64,000 nt of DNA, taken from NCBI GenBank assembly GCA_964016885.1, contig OZ024757.1:27838001-27902000 (forward strand), read 5' to 3'. Shown here piece by piece: positions 40,315-53,919 of the stretch (its first letter is position 1; each line of letters starts with the position of its first letter). Below the pieces are notes generated by a model. That model saw only the letters and a program-made list of their open reading frames with translations. It had not been told where the DNA came from and ran no database searches. This DNA comes from Eledone cirrhosa (Eukaryota). The position numbers and the translations under genes were made by a program.

Positions 40315-40366
40315 CATCAGGCAAAAATATTTTGTTAAATATTTAACAAAATATTTTTGCCTGATG
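40315..40366. repeat. Perfect 52-bp spacerless palindrome
   Basis: catcaggcaaaaatattttgttaaat|atttaacaaaatatttttgcctgatg. Confidence 0.95.
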
Positions 40367-40453
40367 TTAAATATTTTTTATGAAATTCAATATTATCCAT
40401 AATATATTTGCCAGATTTGCATTGTATTTCAAATTTTCTTTCTCTAATTCTAG

Positions 40454-40548
40454 ATTGTCTGATGTCACCAGAAAAAGATGGGCAAGAACAATCGCCCACA
40501 GACCAACGCCTTGCTTCTTTGGATAAACAGTTAAGCATAGAGTTAAAA
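40454..40548 (+). CDS. PKN: PKN exon: linker and start of HR1b (DCLMSPEKDGQEQSPTDQRLASLDKQLSIELK)
   Basis: ttctag acceptor and AAA|gtaagt donor. 95 nt, phase 1 to 0, fitting both neighbours. RLxxLxKQLxIELK is the PKN HR1b start. Not shown on this strand in the ORF track. Confidence 0.92.
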
Positions 40549-41537
40549 GTAAGTTATTGGTTTTTTTTTTAAATTACTATTTCATCTAAGTTAACCCTGT
40601 TATGTATCAACCTATCTGAAAATCTCATAACAAGAATGATAAAAAATTTCAGTTGATCAATGTCAGTGTGATATGGCTGTCAGTTTACTTCTACGTTGTG
40701 TGGCCTAGTTATTTAGCTGTTTGGACTCACAATCATAGGGTTAGGGGTTGAAAAATTGGTCTGGGTGGTGGGTTGTGTTCTTGAGCAAAATACTTTATTT
40801 CACGTTGCTCTTTTCTTCCAGGAGTTGCAATCAGCAGATAGCATCAGCAATAGAAAGGCCAACAGAAACATTGTTTCCTTGGTCCAATCTGACATAGAGT
40901 ATGACTTATGAGTATCGCCACCTTTTGTGCTCCTTTTCTTCTTGCATTTAAAGATGTAGTGTTTCCCTGTCATGGATCCTCAAAATAATGAAGATATACA
41001 CCAATACAAGAACAAACCCCATCTTTTAGGAACTGACATCACTTCAGTGTAGGATGCAATTGCATGGGAGGTTGGAGAATTTTGGGTCCTTTCACAGAAT
41101 CCACTCTGCTACAGGCATCAGACAAGGTCTCCTTTTACAGTATACTTTTTACCACCATCCCAGAAGGAATGGGTGGTAGATTTAATCTGCACTTGGTTTA
41201 ACACCAACCACCACTTGACCTTTGAGTATCTGAAACAGAGTCCACCCTGTTACAAGCATTTAGATCAGGTCTCCAGCTTTGAGAAGGGCTCCTATTCTAC
41301 AGAAAAAAGAAACTGTTGCCTAGATTAACACCATCCCCTTGCCTTTGAGTGCCTTTAACAGATTTCACCATTACAGGCATTCAGATCAGATCTCCAGTTT
41401 GATACCTTCTTCATTTTCTCTCTCCCATCAATTTTAGAGGCCCCAAAAGAGATATTGACACTGCCTTTCCTCTCTGACGAATCAGTAAAACTGGTTAACC
41501 AAAACATTGTACCTATTCTAAACCACATATGCACAAT

Positions 41538-41812
41538 TTAACCCTTTCATTACCATATTTCTAACAGAAAGAACTACCTATGATTTTCAAATAATTTTGA
41601 AAATGTTGAAGAATATTGAGGGGTTTAGTAATATAACTAATGACGTACCTTCTCTTTATGAAGCTTGTGTTTAGAGTGTAACTTAACAAAGGTTCTTACA
41701 TAGAATTATGATGGAAGGCTTTTAGATAAATATAAACCTTTTAAAACAAACATTTCTGTATCATACACAGAACACAGGGTGGTTTTAAGTGGTTTGTTAT
41801 GAAAAGAGTTAA
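41538..41812. mobile_element. TTAA-flanked MITE family B
   Basis: ttaaccctttcattaccatatttc...gaaaagagttaa. Confidence 0.72.
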
Positions 41813-44006
41813 CTGAAAGTTGAATATATTTATATGTATTTCAAGCAAATGTGGATACAGTACATTCTCATATGACATAGAATCAAAAGTGAATGTCTGT
41901 TGTTGACTTTGAGAGTATATTCAGTGGTATCTGACAGTTCTTTGATAGCAGCAGCAGTTAGTATATGTAAATTTACCTTCCTGTTAAGTTATTTGCCTTC
42001 CTACATGTTTTCTGCTACTTCCACCTCTTTCAAATTCCAAAGTTCTTCTATTACTATAGAATTCTCATGTGTCTGTGATTTGTTTTCTGCTTATTTCAAT
42101 GTGTTTTTTTTTGTTGTTGTTCTTGTTGTTATTGTTGTTTGTTTATCTACCTTAGTTGAGGTGAATCATATATCTAATGTTTTCTTCTGTGTTTGATAAA
42201 TCTATGTTTAGTTAAGCTCTAAAGTATCATGTAATGTCTTTTATTAAAATATTTTTATTCTTTGTACCAACCCAAAGAATTGTAAATTCTACATATCCTT
42301 CCTGTTTCTCGTATGAGAATATAAGATTAGCAAGGATTAGATTCTCTACACAAAGAATCATAATGGTATCTTTTCCATTGTTTCCCATATATGTCATAGG
42401 AAAAAAGGAAATGCCAAGCAAGAATCTTTTCTTTTTTTGCTCATTGAATGCCACATTCTAATTCTCTATAACAAAAATGCTTGATTTTTACCTAGTGTAT
42501 ATACTTGTATATATAAGCCTCACTTTCATTTTACATAACGAGTCCTCCATTGGTTTTGATGATGAGCGTTTAGTTGTTTGATCAACTAAGCATCCAGCAT
42601 GTGAATTAACATGTAAGTGGTTGAGTATTCCGACACATTTTCTTCACATAATTCCCAATCTACATCAGCTTGACATGATATATGACAAGATTAGACATTG
42701 AAATTACAGGTACTATAATCTGACAGGTTTCCATACAGTTTCCGTCTACCTAATTCCACTTACAAAGCTTTTGGTTGGTCAACCCAAGTTTATGGGAAAG
42801 CTGCATATTGGGATTGAACTCGGGACCTTGTGATTCCTAGGCAAACTTTTTAATCCTTTAGCCACATTGTAGCATCCCATGATGAAAAAATACAACCTGT
42901 TAACTATTTCTTTAGTAATATTCTCCCAAACTTTACTCATCCCTGTCTATTATTATCTCAACCAGCTGTTGTTACTCAATACAATAGATACAGCTGACAA
43001 AATAAAAAATGCTGATTCAAACCAAATTGTATATTTACGTAAATGTTTATAGAATAAGGATTTTAGCTTCCAATTATTTTCTTATTGATTAACATACTTT
43101 GAAAATATCTTGACTTAATCATCATCATCATCATCATCATTATCAATATAATTGTCATTATCATTGTCATCATCATCTTCATCATCATCATCAAGAGTGG
43201 TGAATTGGTGGAATTGTTAGTGTCAGATAAAATGCTTTCTATCACTTAGAGCCCTTTACATTCTGAGTTCAAATCCTACAGGAGTCAGCTTTGCCTATCA
43301 TGCTTCCAGGGAAAGGGGCAGTCAATAAAATAAAGTACTAGTCAAATACTGGGGTTGATTTAATCAATTTTGCCCTTCCCCCCACATTGTTGGCATTTTT
43401 CCTAAATTAGAAATCAATATTTTGTTCTGCCTCATTCCACTGTGGGCTCAACTCTCATCAATGTGTCCTGTGATTTTTATCATTAAAGGGATTTTGTTAA
43501 TCCTATTGACCCCAGTACTTATTTTATTGATCTCTTTTTGTCAAACTGCTAAGTTACAGAACATAAACATTGTCATCATCATCATCATCAAGGCAGTGGA
43601 CTGGCAGGCTCATCAAAGCATCAACTAAAATGATTTGTTCCATTTAGTTACAGCCTTTTATGTTCTGAGTTCAAATCTTGCCAAGATCAGCTTTTCCTTT
43701 TGTCCTTTCAGGGTCAATAAAATAAGTACCTGCAAAGTACTCCCTAAATTATTGACCTTGTGCTTATGTTAGAAACAGTTGTTATCATCATCGAGATCAT
43801 CATCATTTGTTTTTCTCAATTTTTTTTTACTTCCTGGAATATATATAATTTCAGTTAGGATTGCAATGTAACTGGGAATAAATTTGTTACATAATCTGGA
43901 AAATTTATTAGTTGGGAAGCACAATATCTATAACCTAAATCATTTTGTTATGATTGTGTGAGTAGGTGTCTATAGATGTGTATGTATATATATATATATA
44001 TATATG

Positions 44007-44055
<49 letters not shown>

Positions 44056-47000
44056 ATATATATATATATGTGTGTGCGTGTATTTCAAATTCAGTTTTAT
44101 CTCAGAGTTGGGGTGGGAAGCCCATATTGATCTTTAACCAAGATCTGGTTTGTAAAAACCTTGACCCAGTTTCTGAATCAATAAACTTTAGTGTATACAA
44201 ACAACACATCTTTGAACATTTGTACAGGAAGTGTGTGTTTAAATATATATATATGTATATATATGTGTGTGTGTATGTGCATTTCATAAGTCTGTTTCTG
44301 TATGTGAGACCAACAGAGGGGTGGGGGTTGAGGAGTCAAATGACCACATTTATGTTTGATATAAAGTAAAGTTAGTTACGCCTGTCTGAAGCCTAAGAGC
44401 TCATCAGGCCAGAGCTTAAAAGTTCTGTGCAGTAGGATTGAATCATACACCTATACTTGTGTCCATATATAAAAAAAATTAAAATAATAATAACGACTGT
44501 ATTTTGAATATTAAAAAAACATAGAGTAGTTTCTTTTGTTCCCCTATTTCTACTTAAAGACACTGCCTATGATTTTCAAATAATTTTGAAAATAATAAAA
44601 AAAATTGGAATGATTTAGTAACATGACTAACGTTCTCCAGTGTTTGGAGCATAACTTATATTAAATTATGGTGGAAATTTTAAAGTAAATATACATTTTA
44701 AAATAGTCTTGTATCAAAGAACCAAAGGCTAATGTCTGAAAATGATTTACAAGAAGCAACTTCTCTTGGTGAGACATCATCCTAAATGTTGCCAACCAAA
44801 AAGGGACACTTAAAATGTGCAATATATTTTGAATTAAAGTTTGATAGTTCCAGTAGGTATGTTACTTGCATCCTGGTTCTTCATGCCATATTTTCATGGG
44901 AAAAAGTCCAACTTATACACGAGTATAAAGGTGCATGGTTTGGTCATTGGAGTCATGATTATAAGGTCATTGGTTCAATTCTGGGACTGTGTGGCACACT
45001 GTGTCCCTAACTATGGCAATAAATTGGCTGTCATTAGGACATCGGATTAAAAGTGCCTCAATATTTATTCCAATTTACTGCACTCTGAGGTCAAATCCTG
45101 CTGAGGTCAACTTTGATAAGGTTGATGGATAAAATACAAGTCAAGTAAAGTTGTGTTCTGACCTGTTGAAGAATGGTCTCTACCAGGTTTAAAATGGTTG
45201 ATATACACTGTATGTCAGGACAGTGCCAATATAACTCCTTCAAGAGTTAAGGGCCCTTTACTTTACCTTTTATACTCAGTAGTTGAAAATGAATGCCAGT
45301 AACAGCTGGGGGTTAACCTTGTGACAGAACTGATGTCCTGTGCAGATGTAAGTCTTGTACTCTCAGTTGCTTATTTCCACATGAAACCAGGATAAGCTTT
45401 GGCCTGATAAGCCTCAGTGAAGGCTCATGACCCCTTTATTAGAATGTTTAACTTGCAATCATAATGTTGTGGCTTCAATTCCAGGACCAGGTGGTGAATA
45501 GTGGTCTTGAGCAAAATACTTCATTTCACATTGTTTCAGTACACTTAACTGAAAATGAGTACCAGCTGTAGCTGGAAGATAACTCTGTGATGGACTGGTG
45601 TCCTGTCCAGTGGGAGTCTAGTACTTTCAGTCACTCAATGCTGATGAAACCGGGGTAAGCACCAGCCTGGGGAGCTTCCAAGCTTGGAAAAAACAAAGGG
45701 AAACGAGAAAAAATAAGATGAATCTCTAGGCTTGTGAAAAGTTTCATATGTTAGTATAGATATTTTTGGAGGCTGAATTATATAAAAACTGTTTGTAATA
45801 ATTCTTTACAAAGAGATCTTTTTTCATGTGAAGAGGCAACAGAAAGCTATAATAAGTTCATTCCTCCCTGATGTCAGAGTAGTGAGAGCAGCTGATATCT
45901 AGTTTATTGACAAATTCTACATGGAATTGATGATGTAATAACACATACAGAAATATTTTGAAAGATTTTGCAATAGAAATCTCCCTTTATATCTCTTTTT
46001 TGTATCTTTTCCTCTTCTAACTTGTTCTTTTTCTGTTTTCTCTTCTGTATTCTCATCTCTTATTCTCTTTACTATCATTGTCTCACCTATCTCTCCCTAC
46101 CATTTCTCTTTTCGCTCTTAGTCTCTCTTCTCCTCTCATTCTTTTCCTTTCATCCATCTCAATTATCTATATCTCTCTCTCCTCGCTTTTTCTCTTCTCA
46201 ATATCTATCTATCTATCTCTTCCTCACTCTCTCTATCTCTGTTGCTTATTCTCTTTACTTCTCTTATTGTCTAATCTATCTATCTCTTTCTTTTTTCCAC
46301 CACACTCATCTATATCACTCTCTCCTTTCATTCTCTTTCTCCCATCTCTCTCTCTCTTTCTCTCTGTCTCTCTCTCCCTCTCTCTCTCTCTCTTCTAAAT
46401 CAATCAGTCACTTTTTCTACTTTTCCTTTCCCAATGACCCAATTCTCTATAACTCCTATATAATTATTTATATCCTTCCTACTTTAGTTTTCTTCCTTTG
46501 ATGGATTCTTCCCCTTACCCCCACCATCATATTATTCGAACTATCAAAATTGATTGATTCATAGTCAAAATCTCAGTGCACTATCTGTAATTGATTTCTT
46601 TACACACACACGTGCGCACGCACACACACACACACGTGTGCATGCACACACGCGCATGCACACACACACACACATTTGTATATTCTTGGGAATTGGAAAA
46701 TGGCCCATAATAATCAAATCTTTAAAAATTTATTTTAAAAATATCAATATTAACTTTTTCTTTTTCACCCCTGACCAACTTATTCTCCATTCAATGATAA
46801 ATCGGATGTTTTCTTTCTTTCCTTCTGAACATCTCTGAATATCTTAACAAAGAATATATATATATATCATCATCATTATTAACACACACATATACACATG
46901 CAGCTACAGAGGTTGAACTAGTGTTGCAGGTGTTTTCAACATGTGCCATATTTTTATAAGACAGTAGACTTACTGCTACTGGCTTTTCTGGCTCCAGGAC

Positions 47001-49808
47001 CCTTCTCAGTAAACATTGCTTATATTTTAAACCTTCTATAACTAAATTCTGTGAATGCCTTTAGTTATTAGGCTCCCAGTTTCAGTGGAATTATTTTGAA
47101 ATATTTTGGATTGAGATCATTTTTTTAGATTAACTTTATGAGGTCAACTATTATATGGCTACTATGTTCGAGTAGTTGGAATTTACACTAGAATCCGAAA
47201 TATTGTTTCAAATAAGTAGAAGACCAAACCAGCTCTAAATGGAATAATAATAATATTAATAAACAAATAAGCAATGAATTACAATAATAACATGGATCTT
47301 TCTTCGTGCCAAATCACACTTCCTACTAACAAAACACATAAATAAGGGTTTTTAGAAATATTTTCAGTAGCTCTTTTACTCCATTACACTCAGTCATCCA
47401 ACCCATGCCAGCATGGAAAAGTGAACTTAAATGGATGATGACAGAGATTCTTCTACTCTCCAAGTAAGTCTGAAATTCAATAGTTGTTACATACACACAT
47501 AGATACATATATATATACATACATACACAGTTGTTTAGCTCAATGTCAACCCTCATCCAGTAGACCTATAATGAATGGCATTTCAGCATTGACCAATCTC
47601 TGTTTTGTTTTGTTGTTCTTCTTTCCAGACAGACACAGTGTATCAAGGACTACACTATGTCATCTGTCTTTCTGATGGGAAAGCATGATTTGAGGGAGAC
47701 CTACCTACTATCTCCAGCAAGCTAAACAGCCACCCAGAAGCTTCTTCATTGGCCTATTATTGTATATATTGTACAGAAGAGAAGGGAATTTCATTGTTGT
47801 TGAGATCCTTGGGGGTTTAATGTTTTTCTGAATTAGTTGAAATATTTTAGAAATATTTCCAGTAGTTCTTTTACTCCATTATATTTAGTCGTCCAGCCCA
47901 TGCCATATATATATATATATATGCCATATATATATATATATATATAACCATTGAATTGCAGGAAAAAACTTGGAGATGGATGGAGGGAACTTTTCGGAGA
48001 GGCAGAAAGGACTGGGTGTTGTGGTTAGTGTGGGTGGGGCTCGAGGGATTACACACATTCAGAATATTGGTAACACTTGTGTTAGGAGTAATGTTGAGAC
48101 CAGCCAAGTTCCAAAATAATTGTAGTGTTTGTTATTCTCTTTCAGTTTATTTAATGATCAATGATGTTATGATATATTTAATGAGAGTGGTGGATAGGCA
48201 CAGTAGATAACACATTATAAAAAAATGCTTTGTGGCTTTTAGTTATTCTTTATGTACTGAGTTCAAATCTCACCGTGGTCAACTTTACCTTTCATCCTGC
48301 CTGGCCTCGATAGAATGAAATGCCATTGAAGTACTGGGGTTATTTTAATCTACATTCCTCTTCCCTAAAATTGCTGGCCTTGTGCCTATATATATATCTT
48401 TAATAGAATCTCTTGTCTTCATTTAAATTTTAATTAAAAATATTCTTCAGTTTGGTTTCATATCTGTTTTATTGATTATATTTTCTAAGTTTGATCGTTT
48501 TAGATATATTTTCTAGATTTAAAGATTAGAGTGGTGATGGCTGTGGCAGCAGTGGGAAAGTCGATAGTGATAGCTTGGCATATGGCTTTCTTTCTTTCTA
48601 TCTTTGTACTTTTTTTATTTTTGTATACTTAGCATAAACGGTTCCTCATTAAAAGTCCACCAGGAGGGGCATCCAACTGTAGAATTCTGCGTTAGAAAGC
48701 TTTATTTAACCACATGCTGTAATTGTAAAATGGACACAAAACTGATAATGTTGATGAGGATGATGGTGATGATATAGATGTATATTGTATCCCAGTTTTT
48801 AGAATAGGTACACCCTATCCTTGCATGTCATAAGAAGGGATTAAAACTGTTGGCATCCAGATGTAAAACTTTGTCTGAAACATCCCGTTCAACCAATGCC
48901 AGCATAGAAAAGTGGACACAAAACAGATGATGATTATGATTATGGTGTTCATGGTGATGGTGGTGGTGGTGGTGATGATGATGATGACAATGATGACGAT
49001 GTAGACAGCTGTATTATTTGATATAATGGAACACTTTCAATATAAAATATGACACCATATTGTCCAGCAATAACTACTTTCACCATACACTAACCATCAT
49101 TATACACAACCCTCTCTCTTTCTCTTTCTCTCTCTCTATTCTCAGATTTCCATTGCATTAAACATTACTTTTATTGTATCAAGTGATATGGCAAGCAGCT
49201 CTTGTTATATATTGATTTTTTATCAATTCTCTGTGTACCCACAGGATTATTCCTGGCAAGAATCTTGTTTTATGTTTCGTTCACTTTAACACCACATTAA
49301 TTTCTTGGCTGGGGGTTTTACAGTTCTGCACTGCATCGTATACATTCCAATCCTATTAATCTATTGCATGCAAGAAAAGCATTTCTTGATTAATTTTAGT
49401 GGTTCTGCCTTTTCTACAGAATGGCTTAATGTAGAGTATTCTTTAAAACATTTCTTCAGTTCATTGACTTTTTACCATTTTGAAAGGAAATGCCAGCTAT
49501 GCATCACTCATTCCTAGTTAAGCCTTCAATATATTTCCTTTTAGTCATTCTTTATAAAGTCCTTTTTGATATTAACATACCTGAGACAACCACTTCTTCT
49601 ATAATACAAAACCTTCCATTTTCTAAGTATTTATCTTTGAATTAAATCCACTGTTATTTTATGTAAAAATAAAAACTTTTTTTTTTTCTAAACGTCTTAA
49701 TGGAAAAGTTAGTTGCTTTATTGAGCCCGTCCAAATTCTTAGTATGTGTTCTAAATTAATTGGAATATAAAGACAATGTATTCCATTAAAAATATGGTCA
49801 CAAAAGCA

Positions 49809-50015
49809 TTAGCCCTTTAAGCATTTACATTACTCTATATTGACTATTGTATTTACATGGTAAAGGCTGTATCTCATGTAATATCGAATCTTTGAGATTT
49901 TGATATTATTTATTTTGAGAACAATACCTTAACATCAATATGAGTGGCCGGTTTGAACAGAAAGAGGTGAGAGAATTCTGGCCGGATACTGTTGTTTTAA
50001 ATACTAAAGGGTTAA
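49809..50015 (-). mobile_element. MITE family A, reverse orientation
   Basis: Reverse complement of the 18489 and 50731 copies; ends aaagggttaa. Confidence 0.8.
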
Positions 50016-50367
50016 GCCATTGTGTTACCATATTTCTAATGAAATTTATTGCCTAAGATGTTTAAATAATTTTGAGAACAGTCAAGAATTTGGAGGGATT
50101 TACTATAACTAACTTTCTCATTATTAAGCTGTTGTTTGAAATATAGCATAAGAAAAGTTCTTGCATAAGTCATGATAGTCAAATTGGGGCTTCTGCCTAA
50201 AATTTTCAAAATAATTTGAAAGTTTCAGGCAATGTTTTTCATTAGAAATATGGTAACAAAAGGGTTAAATATGGATATTTTTAACACCATTATTATAAAT
50301 ATTGAAATGGCTAAATTTTTGCATCACCTCTAATTGTATATATGTTTCTGTTCTTTATTTTCTGCAG

Positions 50368-50536
50368 GTAAAACAAGGAGCTGAAAATATGATTAGTATG
50401 TATAGTTCTGGTTCATCACGGGACAAGAAGTTACTGGCTGCGGCACAACAAATGTTGGGTGATGCAAAATTTAAAATTGAAATTATTCGTATGCAAACAT
50501 TGAAGGCGGCACAAGATGCGACATCACAATCAGCTG
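50368..50536 (+). CDS. PKN: PKN exon: HR1b ([43 protein letters not shown]...)
   Basis: tttctgcag acceptor and G|gtaatt donor. 169 nt, phase 0 to 1. VKQGAENMI and AQQML..K.KIE.IRMQ are PKN signatures. Confidence 0.95.
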
Positions 50537-50730
50537 GTAATTACTTTATTCTTCTATTCCTTTGTCCTTTTAATCTTCTCTCTGAGTGTATCCAGATGAG
50601 AATAGGTAGACCATAACCTTGCACGTGCTGAGAGCCATCTAAAAGGTTTGATGCTGCAAAACCTTGTTTCAAAAAGGACCCCATGATGAACATGAACTCT
50701 TACATGGGGCCCACGAAGCTAACCACTGCT

Positions 50731-50931
50731 TTAACCCTTTAGCGTTTAAACCAGCCATATATGGCCAGAATTCTCTCACCTCTTTTGTTTAAACCGCTCA
50801 TAACCGGTTGCTCATAGTTATGTTTAGGTATTGTTCTCAAAATAAAAAAAGTAAAAATCTCATAGATTCAATATTATGTGAGATAAAGCTTTACCATGAA
50901 AATACAATAGTAAATATAGAGTAATGTAAAT
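50731..50931 (+). mobile_element. MITE family A, forward orientation, right end truncated
   Basis: ttaaccctttagcgtttaaacc...tatagagtaatgtaaat. Confidence 0.8.
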
Positions 50932-51707
50932 CATAGGCATTGTCTTTCACTATAAATATTCTAATGAAAGGGTTAATTGTATTAATTAATTGAAATAGAG
51001 TATATATTTTATTAGGAATATGGTCATGAAAGGATTAATTGTAATTAATTAATTGAAATAGAGTATATATTTCATTAGGAATATGGTCATGAAAAGGTTA
51101 AACTATCTACTGAGTAACCATTCTTAGTTTATAGCTTTCGGATGTGAATTATTGACAGGTATTGAACTAGAACATATAAATTACTAGAGACATTTTCAAT
51201 TTGGCTCTGTCTTATGTGATCAATAGTTATTGATTTCATAAACGACCATTGTTGGACAGTTTTTCTCTCTCAACTGAAGTCGGTGCTTCAGTTGAAATAA
51301 CGGTGAATAACGCAATTGATTTATTCTTTTCCCATTAGTTTTGGAACAGTAGCACTGAATGTTCAGTACATATGTGTTTGTGTGTGTCTATCTATGCCTC
51401 TGTGTGTGTAAGTGTGAGCGTGTGTGTGATAAAACTTAAGCCACAGAACATTCAGCTACACAATATTTTTCTTGCAAAACCTGTTTAACATCTGTCTTCT
51501 CTTCTTTCTGAAATTTCTTTGGTTCTTTTTCTCATGTCGTATAAATTTCTGTTTTGTCAAGTTAGTAATTTTATTAATAAACCTTTTAAATTTGACGCGA
51601 GACTTTAGCAAATATTTATAACAAGTCATTCGTAATTTTTGTTTAAATAGTTTGCATTTTTGTTTTTTGTTTGTTTATTTTGTTTTTTTTTTCTAAAATA
51701 TCTTATA

Positions 51708-52003
51708 CTAGAATTTTTTTCAACACGCTGACGCGTATGCACATATGCATTCATTTATATATATGAGTATATAAATATAATTGCGCAAACACAGAGACGC
51801 TTACAAAAATACTCACTCACAGACATGCATTTACACAAACACACACATACACACAACGTAGCAAATGGAACGCTAGTCACTGTTTTGTTATAGTTTTTTC
51901 ACCATCCCCTTCCTTCCATTTACACACACATGCATTCACACAAACACACACATACACACATTGTGTGACGGACAGACGGATGTCGCTCAAATTTATATAT
52001 AGA
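51708..52003 (-). mobile_element. Non-autonomous Helitron, copy 2
   Basis: Minus strand A|TCTATATATAAA...AATTCTAG|T, with a short subterminal hairpin acgc-tgac-gcgt about 13 nt from CTAG and an internal (CA)n and gacggacagacgga. Confidence 0.78.
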
Positions 52004-52193
52004 TTATCAGCTCTGATTTAATATTTTTAGCTGTCATCCATTACTCTACCCATCACACTCTTGTTTGGTGTCCAGCATCAGCTCTGTTCTACCAACAACT
52101 AGCATGTAGCTGCCATTGTTCCTCTTCCTTCCCTACCATCCTATCACACCTTTACCCTTCAGATTCATGCCCATTATCAGTTAACAAACAAGA

Positions 52194-52390
52194 GCGGTGG
52201 ATTGACAATATCGGTAGGGTGTCGGACAGCATGCTTAATGGCATAGAGTTACGGCCCGTTACATTTTTAGTTCAAATCTCGCCAAGGTTAGGGTCGATAA
52301 AATAAAGTACCAGTAATGCACTGGGTTTGATTTAATCGACTTTCCCTTTCCCCCCAAACGATTGGCCTTGTGCCTAAATCAGAAACCATT
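52194..52390 (+). mobile_element. tRNA-headed SINE (family 1)
   Basis: gcggtggattgacaatatcggtag...agttcaaatctcgcc...gggtcgataaaataaagtaccag. Older copies lie at ~4425, 12380, 30790, 43200, 43595, 48190 and 61375. Confidence 0.8.
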
Positions 52391-52477
52391 ATCAGTTTAG
52401 TGACACACACACACACTCATCTGTGTGTTCATAATCTCAGAAAAATCTAATTGCAAGTCTTTAAATTCTATTCACAG

Positions 52478-52629
52478 GTCAGCAAACCGAGGTGCATTCT
52501 CCATTAGAACTGAGAATTGAAGAGTTGTGGCACCATAACAAGATAGAGTCTGCTGTGATGGAGGGTGCTAAGAATGTTATCAAACTGCTGCAGAATTCCA
52601 AAACCCAAGACAAAAAAGCTCTACAAGAG
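52478..52629 (+). CDS. PKN: PKN exon: HR1c first part ([39 protein letters not shown]...DKKALQE)
   Basis: ttcacag acceptor. [24 protein letters not shown] is PKN HR1c. 152 nt, phase 1 to 0, requiring the non-canonical donor GAG|gcaaga. Confidence 0.9.
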
Positions 52630-52744
52630 GCAAGAAATGGATTTCTTTTACTCATTGGTGCAATGTATATTATATATCGTGAAATTATATCTCTGAGCAA
52701 TTGCGCAACTTGATAGAAGTTGTTAAATATCTTTCTCTCTGTGT

Positions 52745-53080
52745 ATCATCATCATCATTTTACGTCCGTTTTTTCCTGCTTGCAAGGGTGGGACGGGAAC
52801 TGATTCTGGCTTGATTTCTACAGCTGGATGCCCTTCCTAAGACCAACCTCATTTACAGTGAGTGCTGGGTGCTTTTTTGCCGTGGCACCTCCACGACCAC
52901 TTTGCAGTGGAATGATATGGACCCCAGTCCTTATCATCTCATTTCTACAGCTGAGTAAACTGGAGCAATGTGAAATAAAGTGTCTTGCTCAAGGAAACAA
53001 CACATCACCCAGTCTGAGAATTGAACTCACAACCTTTCGATTGCAAGGCCAATGTTCTAACCACTAAGCCATGTGCCTCC
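52745..53080 (-). mobile_element. tRNA-headed SINE (family 2) with RTE-derived tail
   Basis: Sister of 10637-10974. ctctctgtgtatcatca is repeated on both sides (probable TSD). Confidence 0.88.
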
Positions 53081-53317
53081 ATGTCATCATTATCCTCATC
53101 ATCTCTCTGTGTATCATCACCATTACCATCATCATCATTATCACCATTTTAATGTCTGCTTTCCTTGCTAGCAACAGTTGGATTGGTCTACATAGACAAA
53201 ATCAGTACTGAAGCAGAGCCCCTGATTAGGGATCTATGACTCGCTTATGTATGGTTGACATCCTACTGAGTGCACAGTATGTATGTATATATTTATATAT
53301 ATATATTATACATACAT

Positions 53318-53652
53318 GTATGGCTTAGTGGTTAGAGTGTCAGGATTACAATCGCGAGGTTGTGAGTTTGATTCTCAGACCGGGCTTTGCATTGTGTCTT
53401 TGAGCAAGATTCTTTATTTCACGTTGCTCCAGTTTACTCAGCTGTAGAAATGAGATGCAACATCACTGGTGCTAAGATGTATCGGCATTTGCCTTTACTT
53501 TGGACAAAATCTGTGTTGTGGAGAGGGGAGACTGGTATGCATGGATGACTGCTAGTCTTCCACAAACAACCTTGCTTGGGCTTGTCTCTCGGAGGGGAAC
53601 TTTCTAGGTTGAAATCCCATGGTCATTTGTGAACGAAGGGGGTCTTTACCCT
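53318..53652 (+). mobile_element. tRNA-headed SINE sharing the family 2 head but with a different 3' half
   Basis: tggcttagtggttagagtg...gtgagtttgattctcagacc...ttgagcaag...actcagctgtagaaatgag, ending gggtctttaccctttt. Confidence 0.75.
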
Positions 53653-53698
53653 TTTATATATATATATATTCATCATATACAATTTCCTTGTGGAACAG

Positions 53699-53919
53699 GC
53701 TCAACAAAGCTTAGCAGAATCCAACCAAAAGCTGGAACTGCTGGAAATATCTCTGAATAGACGCCTCGAGGAAATGGAACCAAATTCAGCCCGCGCCGAA
53801 CTGTTAAAATCTGAGCTACAAGCCTGCAGCCCTCACTCAGGAAATAAAGACAAGCGAGCAACTCAGTTTAACAGTAATTTCTCCAAAGCAGCAGCACTGA
53901 CAGGAACCCTGGAAGTCAG
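53699..53919 (+). CDS. PKN: PKN exon: end of HR1c to start of C2-like region (AQQSLAESNQKLELLEISLNRRLEE...AAALTGTLEVR)
   Basis: aacag acceptor and AG|gtcagc donor. 221 nt, phase 0 to 2. ALTGTLEVR is a PKN signature. Confidence 0.93.

Noticed and set aside
52526-52540. Unusual W and N in HR1c (LWHHNKIE versus typical LRHHxRIE) as possible RNA-editing targets
   Set aside because: A-to-I editing cannot convert TGG to an Arg codon, and DNA alone gives no evidence of recoding.
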